DNA of 47,241 bases from Mycobacteriales bacterium (GTDB lineage: Bacteria > Actinomycetota > Actinomycetes > Mycobacteriales > SCTD01): assembly GCA_046590985.1 (NCBI GenBank), contig JBKJVH010000009.1, positions 1 through 47,241 of the forward strand, written 5' to 3'. The notes beneath the pieces were generated by a model. The model did not search any database and was not told the DNA's origin. It worked only from the letters and a program-made list of their open reading frames with translations. The position numbers were made by a program, and so were the translations under genes. Positions 20,862-30,169 of this stretch are shown piece after piece (within the stretch, counting starts at the first letter, position 1; every line of letters starts with the position of its first letter).

Positions 20862-22523
20862 TCAGGCGGGCACGATCGGCAGCAGTACGTGCGACGCGCG
20901 GACCGCGTCGTGGCAGACCGTCTGGTCGGCCACCCGCAGGTCCTCCGGGCCGTCGACGCCGAGGGCGTGGCCGGTGTTGGGGTTGCGGTCGAAGCGCGGG
21001 AAGCTCGCGCTGGTCACGTCGACGCGGACCCGGTGCCCAACGCCGAACACGTTGGACGTCGCGACCAGGTCGACCCGGAGCTCCTCGACCTGGCCCGGGA
21101 CCATCGGCACCTCGCGGTCGCGGCCCTCCCGGAACCGGCAGCGCAGCACCCCCTCGGCCAGCAGCATCGACCGCCCGTCAGGGTGCACGTCGCAGAGCTT
21201 CACGACCACGTCGGTATCGAGGGCGCTGGTCGCGAAGTGCAGCACCACCGTCAGCGGGCCGGTGACCTCGAGCGGTTCCCCCAGCGCCTCCGAGGTGAAC
21301 ACGAGCACGTCCGGGCGAGCCTCGGTCGGGGTCTGGTCGCGCGGGCCCTGGTCGGTCCGCATCATCCGGCCGGGCAGCGAGGTGGGGCCGCCGAGGGTCG
21401 GCGCCGGGTCGGCAGGGTCGTAGCGGAAGCGACTGGGCTCGGCGGCCTGCGGAGCAGCCGGCGAAAGGCCACCGCCGGCGTGCAGGAACCACGGTGTCGG
21501 CACCGCCCGCGCCAGCGGCCAGGACTCCTCGTCCCGCCAGGTGTTCACGCCCTGGACGAAGATCCGCACCGGCCGCTCGTCGTCGCCCTCCCAGAGAGCA
21601 ACCGAGGAACCCCGGAGGTGCCGGTCGAAGTACCGCAGCTGCAGCTCGGTCAGGTCGAGGTCAGCGCTCTCGGGAACGCCCTCGAACCGGTGGTCGGGGT
21701 AGGAGCCGAGCGCCGCCCCGTGCGCCCACGGGCCGATGACCAGCCGCTGCCCGGCGCGGGCTGCCTCGTGAGCCGCCGACACCCGTAGCCGCGAGAAGTT
21801 CTGCAGCGTGCCGGCCAGGAAGATGTCATACCAACCGCCGATGTGCAGGGCCGGCACGGTGATCCGGTCGTAGTGCAGGCTCACCGCCTGCGAGGCCCAG
21901 TGCTCGTCCCAGCACGGATGCGCGAGCCACTCGGCGTAGAAGTTTGCGAGCGGGTTGCCCTGCAGCTCCGGGATGGCGTTGAGGGGCAGGTGCCCGGTCC
22001 AGTCGTCGAGCGGGCCGGAGCGCTTGGGCTCCGCGATGAGCCGTACCCAGAACAGGTTGAAGCCGAGCAGGAACGCACCGCCCTGGAAGATCGAGCCCTC
22101 GTAGGTCTCGCTGCCGGTGATGACCGGCGCCAGCGCCCGAAGGTGCGGTGGCCGGTGCACCGCCCCGAACCACTGCACCGCAGCAGGGTAGGAGCGCCCG
22201 ACCATCCCGACGGCTCCGGTGCACCAGGGCTGCGCAGCGACCCACTCGACGCTGTCGTAGGTGTCGGTGCCCTCGTGCACGAACGGCTCGAACGTGCCCT
22301 CGGAGCGACCCCTCCCCCGGACGTCCTGCACGACCACGGCAAAGCCTGCGTCGGTGGCCCGCTCCAGATCGATGGCCGCCTCCGCGATGACCGCGCGGCG
22401 CCCCTCGTACGGGGTACGGGTCAGCAACGCGGCAGCGGGCTCCTCCGCCTCGGGCAGGTAGACGTCAGCGGTGAGCACCACCCCGTCGCGCAAGGCAACA
22501 GGACACTTTCGGAGAGTACGCAC
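20862..22523 (-). CDS. CocE/NonD-family serine hydrolase
   Basis: LRDGVVLTADVY, RTPY, QDVRGRGRSEG, nucleophile GRSY, GGWYD, IGPWAH, C-terminal jelly-roll domain. Confidence 0.93.
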   Translation of the reverse strand: MRTLRKCPVALRDGVVLTADVYLPEAEEPAAALLTRTPYEGRRAVIAEAAIDLERATDAGFAVVVQDVRGRGRSEGTFEPFVHEGTDTYDSVEWVAAQPWCTGAVGMVGRSYPAAVQWFGAVHRPPHLRALAPVITGSETYEGSIFQGGAFLLGFNLFWVRLIAEPKRSGPLDDWTGHLPLNAIPELQGNPLANFYAEWLAHPCWDEHWASQAVSLHYDRITVPALHIGGWYDIFLAGTLQNFSRLRVSAAHEAARAGQRLVIGPWAHGAALGSYPDHRFEGVPESADLDLTELQLRYFDRHLRGSSVALWEGDDERPVRIFVQGVNTWRDEESWPLARAVPTPWFLHAGGGLSPAAPQAAEPSRFRYDPADPAPTLGGPTSLPGRMMRTDQGPRDQTPTEARPDVLVFTSEALGEPLEVTGPLTVVLHFATSALDTDVVVKLCDVHPDGRSMLLAEGVLRCRFREGRDREVPMVPGQVEELRVDLVATSNVFGVGHRVRVDVTSASFPRFDRNPNTGHALGVDGPEDLRVADQTVCHDAVRASHVLLPIVPA

Positions 22524-22529
22524 CCGGCG

Positions 22530-23621
22530 CTAGTCGGGGCAGGGGCCCGCGGTCCAGGGCAGGACCATCCCCGCGTACTTCCACATGCTCGTCTCGATCG
22601 CGAGCAGCATGACCAGGTCGCCGTTCTTGACGCCGCCGGTCTTCCACACGTGGTCCAGCGCGAGCGGCAACGCGGCCGACCCGGTGGCGCCGACCAGGGC
22701 GAGGTTCTCCATGATCTTCGGCGCGATGGCGACCCATTCGGGAGTGAGCAGGCCGGCCTCCTCGAGCTCATCGGTCATGTAGCTGGCGTTGCCCTCGGGG
22801 ATCACGCAGACGTCCACCTGGTCGGCGGTGATGCCGGCGGCCTTGCACAGCTCGGTGAGCGCTTCGGTCAGCACATAGGGCGTGAACTTGCCGCTCTCCA
22901 CGACGTCGACGTTGAGACGGAACAACTTGGGCTTGGCCAGCTGCTCCATGAGAGGCAGCGAGGTGCCACCGCCGACGACCTGCATGCCGGGCTTCTTGCC
23001 GCCGCCGACGCACGCGATCGAGGAGGCCAGCACGCCACCACCGCCGCTGTCGTCGTCGAAGGCGCGGAGCACCATCGCGCCGGCGCCGTCGCCGAAGCTG
23101 TACATCCCGACCCGCTCGCGCATCCGGATCGACTCCGGGTCCTTCCCACGGAACACCGGCACCAGCAGCGGGCTGATGGTCTCGGTGCCGACCACGACCG
23201 CGGTGCGGTACTGGCCGCGCTCGAGGTACATCCGGGCGACGTCGAGCGCCTCGACCGCGCCTGCACAGCCCGATCGGACGTCGAGGGTGGCGCACTTGCG
23301 CAGCCCCAGCCGGTCCTGCAGCAGCGTCGCCATCGGCGGCAGCAGCACGTCGGGGCTGGCCGTGGAGACCGCCAGGAAGTCGATCTCGTCGGCCGCGATG
23401 CCGGCGCGCGACAGCGCCTGCTCGATGGCCTTGAGCGCCATGTCGCTGTTGCGCTCGCGGTGCTCGCCGGTCTCGGTGTCGACCATCCAGTGCCGGGTCT
23501 TCACCTGGATGCCGTCGAGCACCTCCTCGGGCAGCGGCCCCATCAGCCGGGCGACCTCGTCGTTGCCGATCGGGTCACCGGGCAGGTAGGCGCCGGTGCT
23601 GACCAGCCGGACGGTCGTCAC
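22530..23621 (-). CDS. KAS III (FabH-fold) enzyme with non-canonical catalytic residues
   Basis: STGAYLPG, RSGCAG (Cys), FGDGAGA; the His site reads IPEGNA and the Asn site reads VGATGSA. GTGA overlap with the upstream stop. Confidence 0.85.
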   Translation of the reverse strand: MTTVRLVSTGAYLPGDPIGNDEVARLMGPLPEEVLDGIQVKTRHWMVDTETGEHRERNSDMALKAIEQALSRAGIAADEIDFLAVSTASPDVLLPPMATLLQDRLGLRKCATLDVRSGCAGAVEALDVARMYLERGQYRTAVVVGTETISPLLVPVFRGKDPESIRMRERVGMYSFGDGAGAMVLRAFDDDSGGGGVLASSIACVGGGKKPGMQVVGGGTSLPLMEQLAKPKLFRLNVDVVESGKFTPYVLTEALTELCKAAGITADQVDVCVIPEGNASYMTDELEEAGLLTPEWVAIAPKIMENLALVGATGSAALPLALDHVWKTGGVKNGDLVMLLAIETSMWKYAGMVLPWTAGPCPD

Positions 23622-25981
23622 ACCGGCCCCAGCACGATCGAGATGTTCGTACCACCGAGCGAGAGGCTGTTGATGACGATCGGCCCGCGCGGGGAGTGCT
23701 CGGTGTCCCCGAGCTGCCAGCCGTGCAGCGCGATCGCCGCGGCGACCGCGGCGCCCGCACCGAGCGGCTCCCCGAACAGCGGCCTCGTCGACAGCACCGC
23801 CAAGCCCGTACGGCCCCCGAACATCCTCGTGAGGGCCGCCTGCTCTGCTTTGTCGACCAGGGGATGCCCGCACGCCGAGCCCCACACCGCGACGACGTCG
23901 TCGGCCTTGACGGCCGCCCGCTCGAGTGCGATGGCCATGGCCCGCTCGATGCCGCGACCGTCCGGGTCGACGCCGGCGACCCCGAGCGCGTCAGAGGTGA
24001 TCCCGTAGCCGAGCACTTCACCCAGCACGGTGGCGCCGCGGGCCCGCGCGAGCGAGAGCCGCTCGACGGTGAGGGTGACCCCGGCCTCCGAGAGCCCGAA
24101 TCCTGCGTCGGAGCCCTCCGAGGGGTTGTTGGCCGCCAGGATCCCGATGCCGTCGTAGGCGCCGATCATGGTCTCGGTCAGGGTGTCGGCCGCGATGGCG
24201 ACGATCGCGTCGGCCTGGTCGGTCGCGACCAGGTCGGCGGCGTAGCAGAGCGCCGAGGCGCCGGCGGCGTGGCCCGCGGTGACGGTCGAGGTCGGCCCCG
24301 TCGTGCCGACGAGCATCGCGACCTGGCCGGTGGCCGCGTTGTACACGGTGTTCGGGAAGACAGCCGGGTTGGCACCGCTCGCGCCCTCCTCGATGACGCC
24401 GCGGGCGAACTCCTCCATGCTCTCCATCGGACCGACGGCGGTGCCGAGGATCGGGCCGATCCTGGTCCGGTTCTCGTCGGTGATCTCCAGGCCCGCGGCC
24501 TTCAGCGACTGAATGGTGGAGATGACCGCAGCCAGTCCGAGCCGGTCGACGCGGCGGCGCTGCTTGGGGTTGAGGTAGCTGCTGCCGTCCAGCTCGATCC
24601 GGCCGAGGCTGTGGCCGCCCTCCTCCATCAGGCAGGTACGACCCTCGACCCAGGCGCTCCACAGCGCGTCGATGTCGGGTCCGGCGCAGGTGACGGCGCC
24701 GATGCCGGTGATGACAGCCCGGTCCAGGTCGGGTGTGGGGACCGCGTCGGTCCGCCGACCGGCAGCGCCCATCATGAGCGTGACGTTGGCGCCACCGAAG
24801 GCGAAGTTGTTCGACATCGCGACCGGCATGTCCATCGGGCGAGCGACGTTCGGGACGTAGTCCAGGTCGCACTCGGGATCGGACTCGGTGAAGTTGGCCG
24901 TGGGCGGGGCGATCTGGTTGTGCAGCGCCAGGCTGGTGACGACCGCCTCGACCGCACCGGCCGCACCGAGCAGGTGCCCGATCATCGACTTGGTGCTGCT
25001 GACCGCAACGGTCGCGGCCGCTTCGCCGAGGCCGACCTTGGTGGCCTTCGTCTCGGCGGGGTCGTTCTTGGCCGTGCCGGTGCCGTGGCTGTTGACGTAG
25101 CGGACCTCTTCGGCGCGGACACCGGCGTTGCGGAGCGAGGCCTTGATGGCCCGGCCGGCGCCCAGGCCCTCAGGGTGCGGGGCGGTCGCGTGGTAGCCGT
25201 CCGCCGACAGTCCGTAGCCCAGGATCTCGGCCAGGATCGGCGCGCCCGCAGCCTTCGCGAGGTCCTCGCGGACGAGCACGAGCATCGCGCCGCCCTCGCC
25301 GAGCGACAGCCCGGTGCGGTCCTTGGAGTAGGGCGCCGCGGGGTTGGGCGACAGCGACTCCAGGGAGTTGAAGCCGGCGTAGAGCACGTCGGAGAAGGCG
25401 TCACTGCCCCCGGTGAGGACGGCATCGGCCTGACCGCTCCGGATGAGGTCGAGCGCCAAGCCGATCGCGTTGGCACTCGCCGCACAGGCGGTGTTCACCG
25501 ACAGCACCGGACCCTTGAGGCCGAAGGCGCCGCTCAGCGCCTCGGCCAGCGCCTGCGGGGTGACGAGCATCAGCAACCGAGGGTCGGCCTTGAGGCCGGC
25601 CTTCTGGTCGATCCACCACTTCTCCGCCGACAGCAGGCCGGCGTTGCAGGTGCCGATCGTGACGCCCCAGCGCTCGGCCGGGATCGACGCGCTGATCCCC
25701 TCGGCGGCCCCCATCGCCTCCTCCGCGGCCTTCAGCGCGAAGTCCACGACCGGGTCGCGGAAGTCCGGCGGCCGCCGGTAGTCGTGGGTCGGCAGGACGC
25801 GGTCCTTGACCTCGCCACCGATGCTCGTGCGGTAGCCCTCCATGGACAGGTGCTCGACCTCGCGGATCGCGCCCTTCCCTGCGACGACCGCGTCCCACAG
25901 CTCGGTGGCGGTGGAGCCGTGGCCGGTGATCGCTCCGACGGACGTGACGACGACCCGCGGCGGCGGTGCTTGCTCGGACAC
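23618..25981 (-). CDS. Tandem ketosynthase fusion: active FabF-type KS plus degenerate CLF-like KS
   Basis: Domain 1 has NTACAAS, HGTGT, GHLLG and NNFAFGG. Domain 2 has RAVITGIG, TAGHAAG (Cys to His), WGSACG and FGEPLG. Confidence 0.92.
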   Translation of the reverse strand: MSEQAPPPRVVVTSVGAITGHGSTATELWDAVVAGKGAIREVEHLSMEGYRTSIGGEVKDRVLPTHDYRRPPDFRDPVVDFALKAAEEAMGAAEGISASIPAERWGVTIGTCNAGLLSAEKWWIDQKAGLKADPRLLMLVTPQALAEALSGAFGLKGPVLSVNTACAASANAIGLALDLIRSGQADAVLTGGSDAFSDVLYAGFNSLESLSPNPAAPYSKDRTGLSLGEGGAMLVLVREDLAKAAGAPILAEILGYGLSADGYHATAPHPEGLGAGRAIKASLRNAGVRAEEVRYVNSHGTGTAKNDPAETKATKVGLGEAAATVAVSSTKSMIGHLLGAAGAVEAVVTSLALHNQIAPPTANFTESDPECDLDYVPNVARPMDMPVAMSNNFAFGGANVTLMMGAAGRRTDAVPTPDLDRAVITGIGAVTCAGPDIDALWSAWVEGRTCLMEEGGHSLGRIELDGSSYLNPKQRRRVDRLGLAAVISTIQSLKAAGLEITDENRTRIGPILGTAVGPMESMEEFARGVIEEGASGANPAVFPNTVYNAATGQVAMLVGTTGPTSTVTAGHAAGASALCYAADLVATDQADAIVAIAADTLTETMIGAYDGIGILAANNPSEGSDAGFGLSEAGVTLTVERLSLARARGATVLGEVLGYGITSDALGVAGVDPDGRGIERAMAIALERAAVKADDVVAVWGSACGHPLVDKAEQAALTRMFGGRTGLAVLSTRPLFGEPLGAGAAVAAAIALHGWQLGDTEHSPRGPIVINSLSLGGTNISIVLGPV

Positions 25982-25994
25982 TGTGGTGCTCCCT

Positions 25995-27263
25995 CTAGTG
26001 GGCTTGGGCGAAAATCAGGGCGACGTTCTGGCCGGTGAGCCCTCGCGCAACGGCGAGGGCATGGCGTACGGGGAGGTCCCTACCGGAGCCGGTCACGACG
26101 TTGAGGTCGCACGCCGGGTCGGGTCGGTCGAGGTTCAACGTGGGTGGGACGGTCTGGTGGTGGACGGCGAGGGCCGCGACGGCGGCGTTGAGCGCCCCGG
26201 CACCGCCCATCAGATGGCCGGTGGCGGCCTTGACGCTGCTGACGGCGACGGTGTCCGCGGTGGAACCCAGCACGGTCCGGAGGCCGCGCACCTCACTGAC
26301 GTCCCCGGTGCGGCTGCCGCTGGCGTGCGCAGCGACGTAGTCCACCGCGCCCGCGTCGACCCCGGCCTCGCGCAGGGCCGAGCCGACCGCACCGGCCACC
26401 GCCCGGCCGTCCGGGTTCGGCGTCAACGTGCCGTATCCGTCGTAGCTCGCGCCGTACCCGCAGATCTCGGCGTAGATGCGCGCTCCGCGGGCGAGCGCGC
26501 GCTCGCGCTCCTCGAGCACCAGGATCGCGGCGCCCTCCCCCGGCACGGTGCCGGACCGGCGGGCGTCGAAGGGTCGGCAGGTGCTCTCGCTCAGCAGCCC
26601 GAGCGACTGCAGGTTGGACATGTCCCACCAGTTGATGGGGTCGTCGAACCCGCCCGCGAGGATGACGTCGGCCTCGCCCCGCTTGATGGCGCGGAAGCCC
26701 CGGCCGACAGCGGTGGCGCTGGCGTCGGCCGTACCGGAGAAGTAGGTGTTGGCGCCCTTGAGTCCGTAGGCCTGGGACAGGAAGAAAAGGGAGGCGGCCT
26801 GCAGGCCCTCGACGAAGACGAGCGGGTTGACCGAGCTCTGCGCCTCCTTGCCGAAGCGGTGGATGTCGACGGTGCCGTCGTCATCACGGGAGGCCAGGAA
26901 CGCCTCCTTGAAGTGCGCCACGTCAGCAAGCTCCTTGCTGCTCCCGACGTACGCGCCCGCCCGCTCGGCTTCGTTCTCGGAGATCTCCAGGCCGGCGTCG
27001 GCCGCGGCCGTGAAGCCACCGGCCACCGCGAGCTGGTCGTTGCGCGTCATCATGCGCAACTGCCGGCGGTTCTCCTTGCTGACGTAGTCCTTCGGTACGA
27101 AGTCGGGCACCTCGGCGCCGAGCCCGTTGGCCAGGCTGGAGGTGTCGAACAGCGTCACCGGACCGAGCCCGCTGCGGCCGTCCATCAGGCCGGCCCAGGT
27201 GTCGGTGACGGTCGCGCCGAGACCCGTCAGCAGCCCGACGCCGGTCACGACGACCCGCCTCAT
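25995..27263 (-). CDS. FabF-like ketosynthase lacking the catalytic Cys (CLF-like partner or decarboxylase)
   Basis: MRRVVVTGVG; active-site loop GTADASA (Cys to Asp); both His kept (AHASGS, GHLMG). Confidence 0.88.
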   Translation of the reverse strand: MRRVVVTGVGLLTGLGATVTDTWAGLMDGRSGLGPVTLFDTSSLANGLGAEVPDFVPKDYVSKENRRQLRMMTRNDQLAVAGGFTAAADAGLEISENEAERAGAYVGSSKELADVAHFKEAFLASRDDDGTVDIHRFGKEAQSSVNPLVFVEGLQAASLFFLSQAYGLKGANTYFSGTADASATAVGRGFRAIKRGEADVILAGGFDDPINWWDMSNLQSLGLLSESTCRPFDARRSGTVPGEGAAILVLEERERALARGARIYAEICGYGASYDGYGTLTPNPDGRAVAGAVGSALREAGVDAGAVDYVAAHASGSRTGDVSEVRGLRTVLGSTADTVAVSSVKAATGHLMGGAGALNAAVAALAVHHQTVPPTLNLDRPDPACDLNVVTGSGRDLPVRHALAVARGLTGQNVALIFAQAH

Positions 27264-27634
27264 CGGGGTGCCATCCGGAGCGCCCGTGCGGTGGTCACGG
27301 GCCGGTCGTCGACCTTGACGTCCGCCTTCAGAACAGCTGCGTCGTCGGTCACGCTCTTGAGCTCGACCGTGATGACCATCTGGTCCCCTGGCTGTACGAA
27401 GTGGCGGTAACGGACCTGCTGCGCGCCGACGAGGTGCCAGGGTTTGCCCGTGGACTTCTCGAGCAGCTGGGCCGCGAGCTCACCCATGCTTCCCAGGATG
27501 AGAACCCCTGGCATCACCGGGAAGCGCGGGAAGTGATGGTCCAGGATCTGCAGCGTGCTGGTGATGTTGCGGTAAGCCACGGCCCTGTCGGCCTCGAGGC
27601 TCACGATCCGGTCGAGCCCGGTCCAGTTCTTCAT
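27260..27634 (-). CDS. FabZ-like hotdog dehydratase subunit (His-bearing)
   Basis: LDRI...HHFPRFPVMPGVLILGSMG...FVQPGDQ; ATGA overlaps at both ends. Confidence 0.85.
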   Translation of the reverse strand: MKNWTGLDRIVSLEADRAVAYRNITSTLQILDHHFPRFPVMPGVLILGSMGELAAQLLEKSTGKPWHLVGAQQVRYRHFVQPGDQMVITVELKSVTDDAAVLKADVKVDDRPVTTARALRMAPR

Positions 27635-28887
27635 GCTGCCTTCACCACCAGAGCCGCGTTGGTGCCACCGAACGCGAACGCGTTCACGAACGCCGCGCGT
27701 ACGGGCATCGTGCGGGCGACGTTGGGGACGTAGTCGAGGTCGAGCACCGGGTCCGGGTGGTCGAGGTTGATGGTCGGTGGCACCACGCTGTCGCGCATCG
27801 CGTAGGTCGCGGCCAGCATGTTGAGCGCGGCCGACGCTGCGGTGAGGTGGCCCATCGTGGACTTCACCGAGCTGATCGCGACGCGGTAGGCATCGGCGCC
27901 GAGGACGGCCTTGATGGCGTTCGTCTCGCACAGGTCGTTGCCCGGTGTGCTGGTGCCGTGCGCAGCCACGTAGTCGATGTCGCTGGTCGCGAGCCCCGAC
28001 TCGGCCAGCGCTGCGGCCATGCAGGTGATGGCGCCGCCGCCGTCGGGCGGGGCGTCGGTCATCCGGTAGGCGTTCATGCTCGAGCCGTAGCCGACGACCT
28101 CGCCCAGGATGCGGGCACCACGGCTGACCGCGCTGTCCCAGTCCTCCAGGACGAACGTGGTGGCGCCCTCACCGAGGACGAACCCGTGCCGGGTCTCGTC
28201 GAACGGCTTGGAGGCCTTCGTCGGCTGGTCGTTGAACTCGCTGTTCAGGGCACCCAGCAAGGAGAAGCCCAGCAGGTCGAGCCAGCTCGTCAGGGCGTCG
28301 GCGCCACCGGTCAGCACCATCTTGGCGTCACCGTCCTGGATGATCCGGACCGCTTCGCCGAGGGCGTGCCCGGCGGCGGCGCAGGCGGTGCTCACCGACA
28401 GCACCGGGCCCTCGATGCCTGCCAGCGCAGCGAGTCCGCCGATCCACACCGTGGGGTCACGTTCGAGGGTGCCGCTCGGGCGCGGTTGGAGCAGGTCCCA
28501 CTTGTCGGCTGAGGCGTAGGTCGGGTAGAGCAGGTCGGACAGCTCCTGGATCCCTGGTCGGCCGACGCTCGCGCCCATGCTCAACGCCCGCTCGCTCGGC
28601 GCGTAGGTGCCGGCCGGGATGGCCGCGTCGTCGAGCGCTTCCAGCGAGGCGGCGACGCCGAACGTCGCAGCCCGGCCGAGGCGTCGCGCGAACCGCTTGT
28701 CCGGCAGCCGGTCGCGGACGTCGAAGTCCTTGACCAGCCCCGCGATCCGCACCGGGTAGCTCTCGGCGTCGAAGGTCGTGACAGGCCCGATGCCGCTGCG
28801 GCCGGCGACCAGCGCGTCCCAGGTGGTGGTGGTGTCGTTGCCGCCGGGCGTGACCGCACCCACGCCGGTGATCGCTACCCGGTTCAT
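27631..28887 (-). CDS. fabF: Beta-ketoacyl-ACP synthase II family, catalytically complete
   Basis: STACAAAG, HGTSTPGND, GHLTA, NAFAFGG. Confidence 0.9.
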   Translation of the reverse strand: MNRVAITGVGAVTPGGNDTTTTWDALVAGRSGIGPVTTFDAESYPVRIAGLVKDFDVRDRLPDKRFARRLGRAATFGVAASLEALDDAAIPAGTYAPSERALSMGASVGRPGIQELSDLLYPTYASADKWDLLQPRPSGTLERDPTVWIGGLAALAGIEGPVLSVSTACAAAGHALGEAVRIIQDGDAKMVLTGGADALTSWLDLLGFSLLGALNSEFNDQPTKASKPFDETRHGFVLGEGATTFVLEDWDSAVSRGARILGEVVGYGSSMNAYRMTDAPPDGGGAITCMAAALAESGLATSDIDYVAAHGTSTPGNDLCETNAIKAVLGADAYRVAISSVKSTMGHLTAASAALNMLAATYAMRDSVVPPTINLDHPDPVLDLDYVPNVARTMPVRAAFVNAFAFGGTNAALVVKAA

Positions 28888-29333
28888 GTGGTCACCCCTC
28901 TGGTCAGCATGTCCTGGATCGTCTTGGTGTCCTCGAGGTCGGCAAGGGTGTCTCCGTCGATGAGTGCGCACATGATCTCGGTGGCCCTGAGCACCACCGT
29001 GCCGTCGACGGTGACGGTGCCGGACACGACGGCGACCTCGTCGCCCATCGTGTCGATGGTCCCGTGCAGCTCGAGGACATCACCGGGAACGACGGGGCCG
29101 AGGAACTCCACGTCGGCGATCGACAGCAGCGCGGCCCGCTTCTTCCGGTCGGTGCTGATCATCACCAGCCAGGTGCCGGCCTGGCAGAGCGCCTCGAGCA
29201 CCAGCGGTGGTGGCATGACCGGACCCGCCCCCGAGTCCTCCCAGAAGGTCTCACTCGAGGAGGTGAGCTTGCGCCCCTTGATCCACTCCGACGCCGCGTA
29301 GGAGTCGACCTTGTCCAACAGGTGGAACCGCAT
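28884..29333 (-). CDS. FabZ-like hotdog dehydratase subunit (Glu-bearing)
   Basis: MRFHLLDKV...PVMPPPLVLEALCQ...FLGPVVPGDVL; no HFP histidine. Confidence 0.85.
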   Translation of the reverse strand: MRFHLLDKVDSYAASEWIKGRKLTSSSETFWEDSGAGPVMPPPLVLEALCQAGTWLVMISTDRKKRAALLSIADVEFLGPVVPGDVLELHGTIDTMGDEVAVVSGTVTVDGTVVLRATEIMCALIDGDTLADLEDTKTIQDMLTRGVTT

Positions 29334-29334
29334 C

Positions 29335-29736
29335 TCATGCCTTCCGCCAGGCCGTCAGCGCGGAGGCGATGGCGATACCTCCGCTGTGCGACATGCTCAC
29401 GTCGATCTCGATCAGCCCACGGCGGGTGGCGTAGGCCGCCACCTCGCCCTGGAGCCGCACCTCGGGTCGACCGTTCCGTTCGTTCACGATCTCGACATCG
29501 GTCCAGCGCATCCGTACGCCGAGACCGGTGCCGAAGGCCTTGAGCACCGCTTCCTTCGCGCAGAAGCGGGCCGTCAGGTGGTCAAGACGACGGCGCTTGC
29601 CCTCGCAGTACGCCTGCTCACGTGGCGTGAAGAGCGTGTCCACAACCCCGTCGTCCTCCGTGAGGAGCCGTTCCATCCGCGCTACCTGCTGGATGTCGAC
29701 CCCGACGCGGAGGCGCTGGTCAGGCGCTCCCTGCAC
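29335..29736 (-). CDS. acpS: Holo-ACP synthase (PPTase)
   Basis: VGVDI, FTPREQAYC, ARFCAKEAVLKAFGTG, GRPEV, SMSHS. Start uncertain (GTG 29736). Confidence 0.92.
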   Translation of the reverse strand: MQGAPDQRLRVGVDIQQVARMERLLTEDDGVVDTLFTPREQAYCEGKRRRLDHLTARFCAKEAVLKAFGTGLGVRMRWTDVEIVNERNGRPEVRLQGEVAAYATRRGLIEIDVSMSHSGGIAIASALTAWRKA

Positions 29737-30121
29737 TGGCGCGTTCCATGTACATGCTGGCGAGGTTCGCGACCGTGAAGTGCGTGATGACGTTCTCGGC
29801 CGTGAGCTTGCCCGCGAGGGCGTCGGTGTCGAGCTGCGGCATGACGGTCTTGAGATGCTCGAGGCCCTTGGCGCTGACCAGCTCGCCGGCGTCGCTGAAC
29901 TCCTCATCCGGGATGCCGCCCTGCACGTAGGCGGCGAGGTCGGCAGCCTGGATCTTGATGCCGGTCTTGCGCTCGACGCGGAACAGCACGTCGAGGAGGT
30001 CGATCGACTCCGCTCCCAGGTCTCCCATCAGTGTTGCGTCGGGTGTGGCTTCGTCGTCATCGAGCCCGAGAGCGGCGACGACCGCCTCCTGTACGACGGC
30101 GAGCGTCTCGTCCTGGTCCAT
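29720..30121 (-). CDS. Long acyl carrier protein with internal insertion
   Basis: DLGAESIDLLD attachment motif; 133 aa with an extra segment before the terminal TVANL helix; AGGAGG RBS. Confidence 0.9.
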   Translation of the reverse strand: MDQDETLAVVQEAVVAALGLDDDEATPDATLMGDLGAESIDLLDVLFRVERKTGIKIQAADLAAYVQGGIPDEEFSDAGELVSAKGLEHLKTVMPQLDTDALAGKLTAENVITHFTVANLASMYMERASAGSA

Positions 30122-30169
30122 GCGATGTCCTCCTGTTGCGATCCTGTGAGCAGTGCGTTGCGGCCGGTC

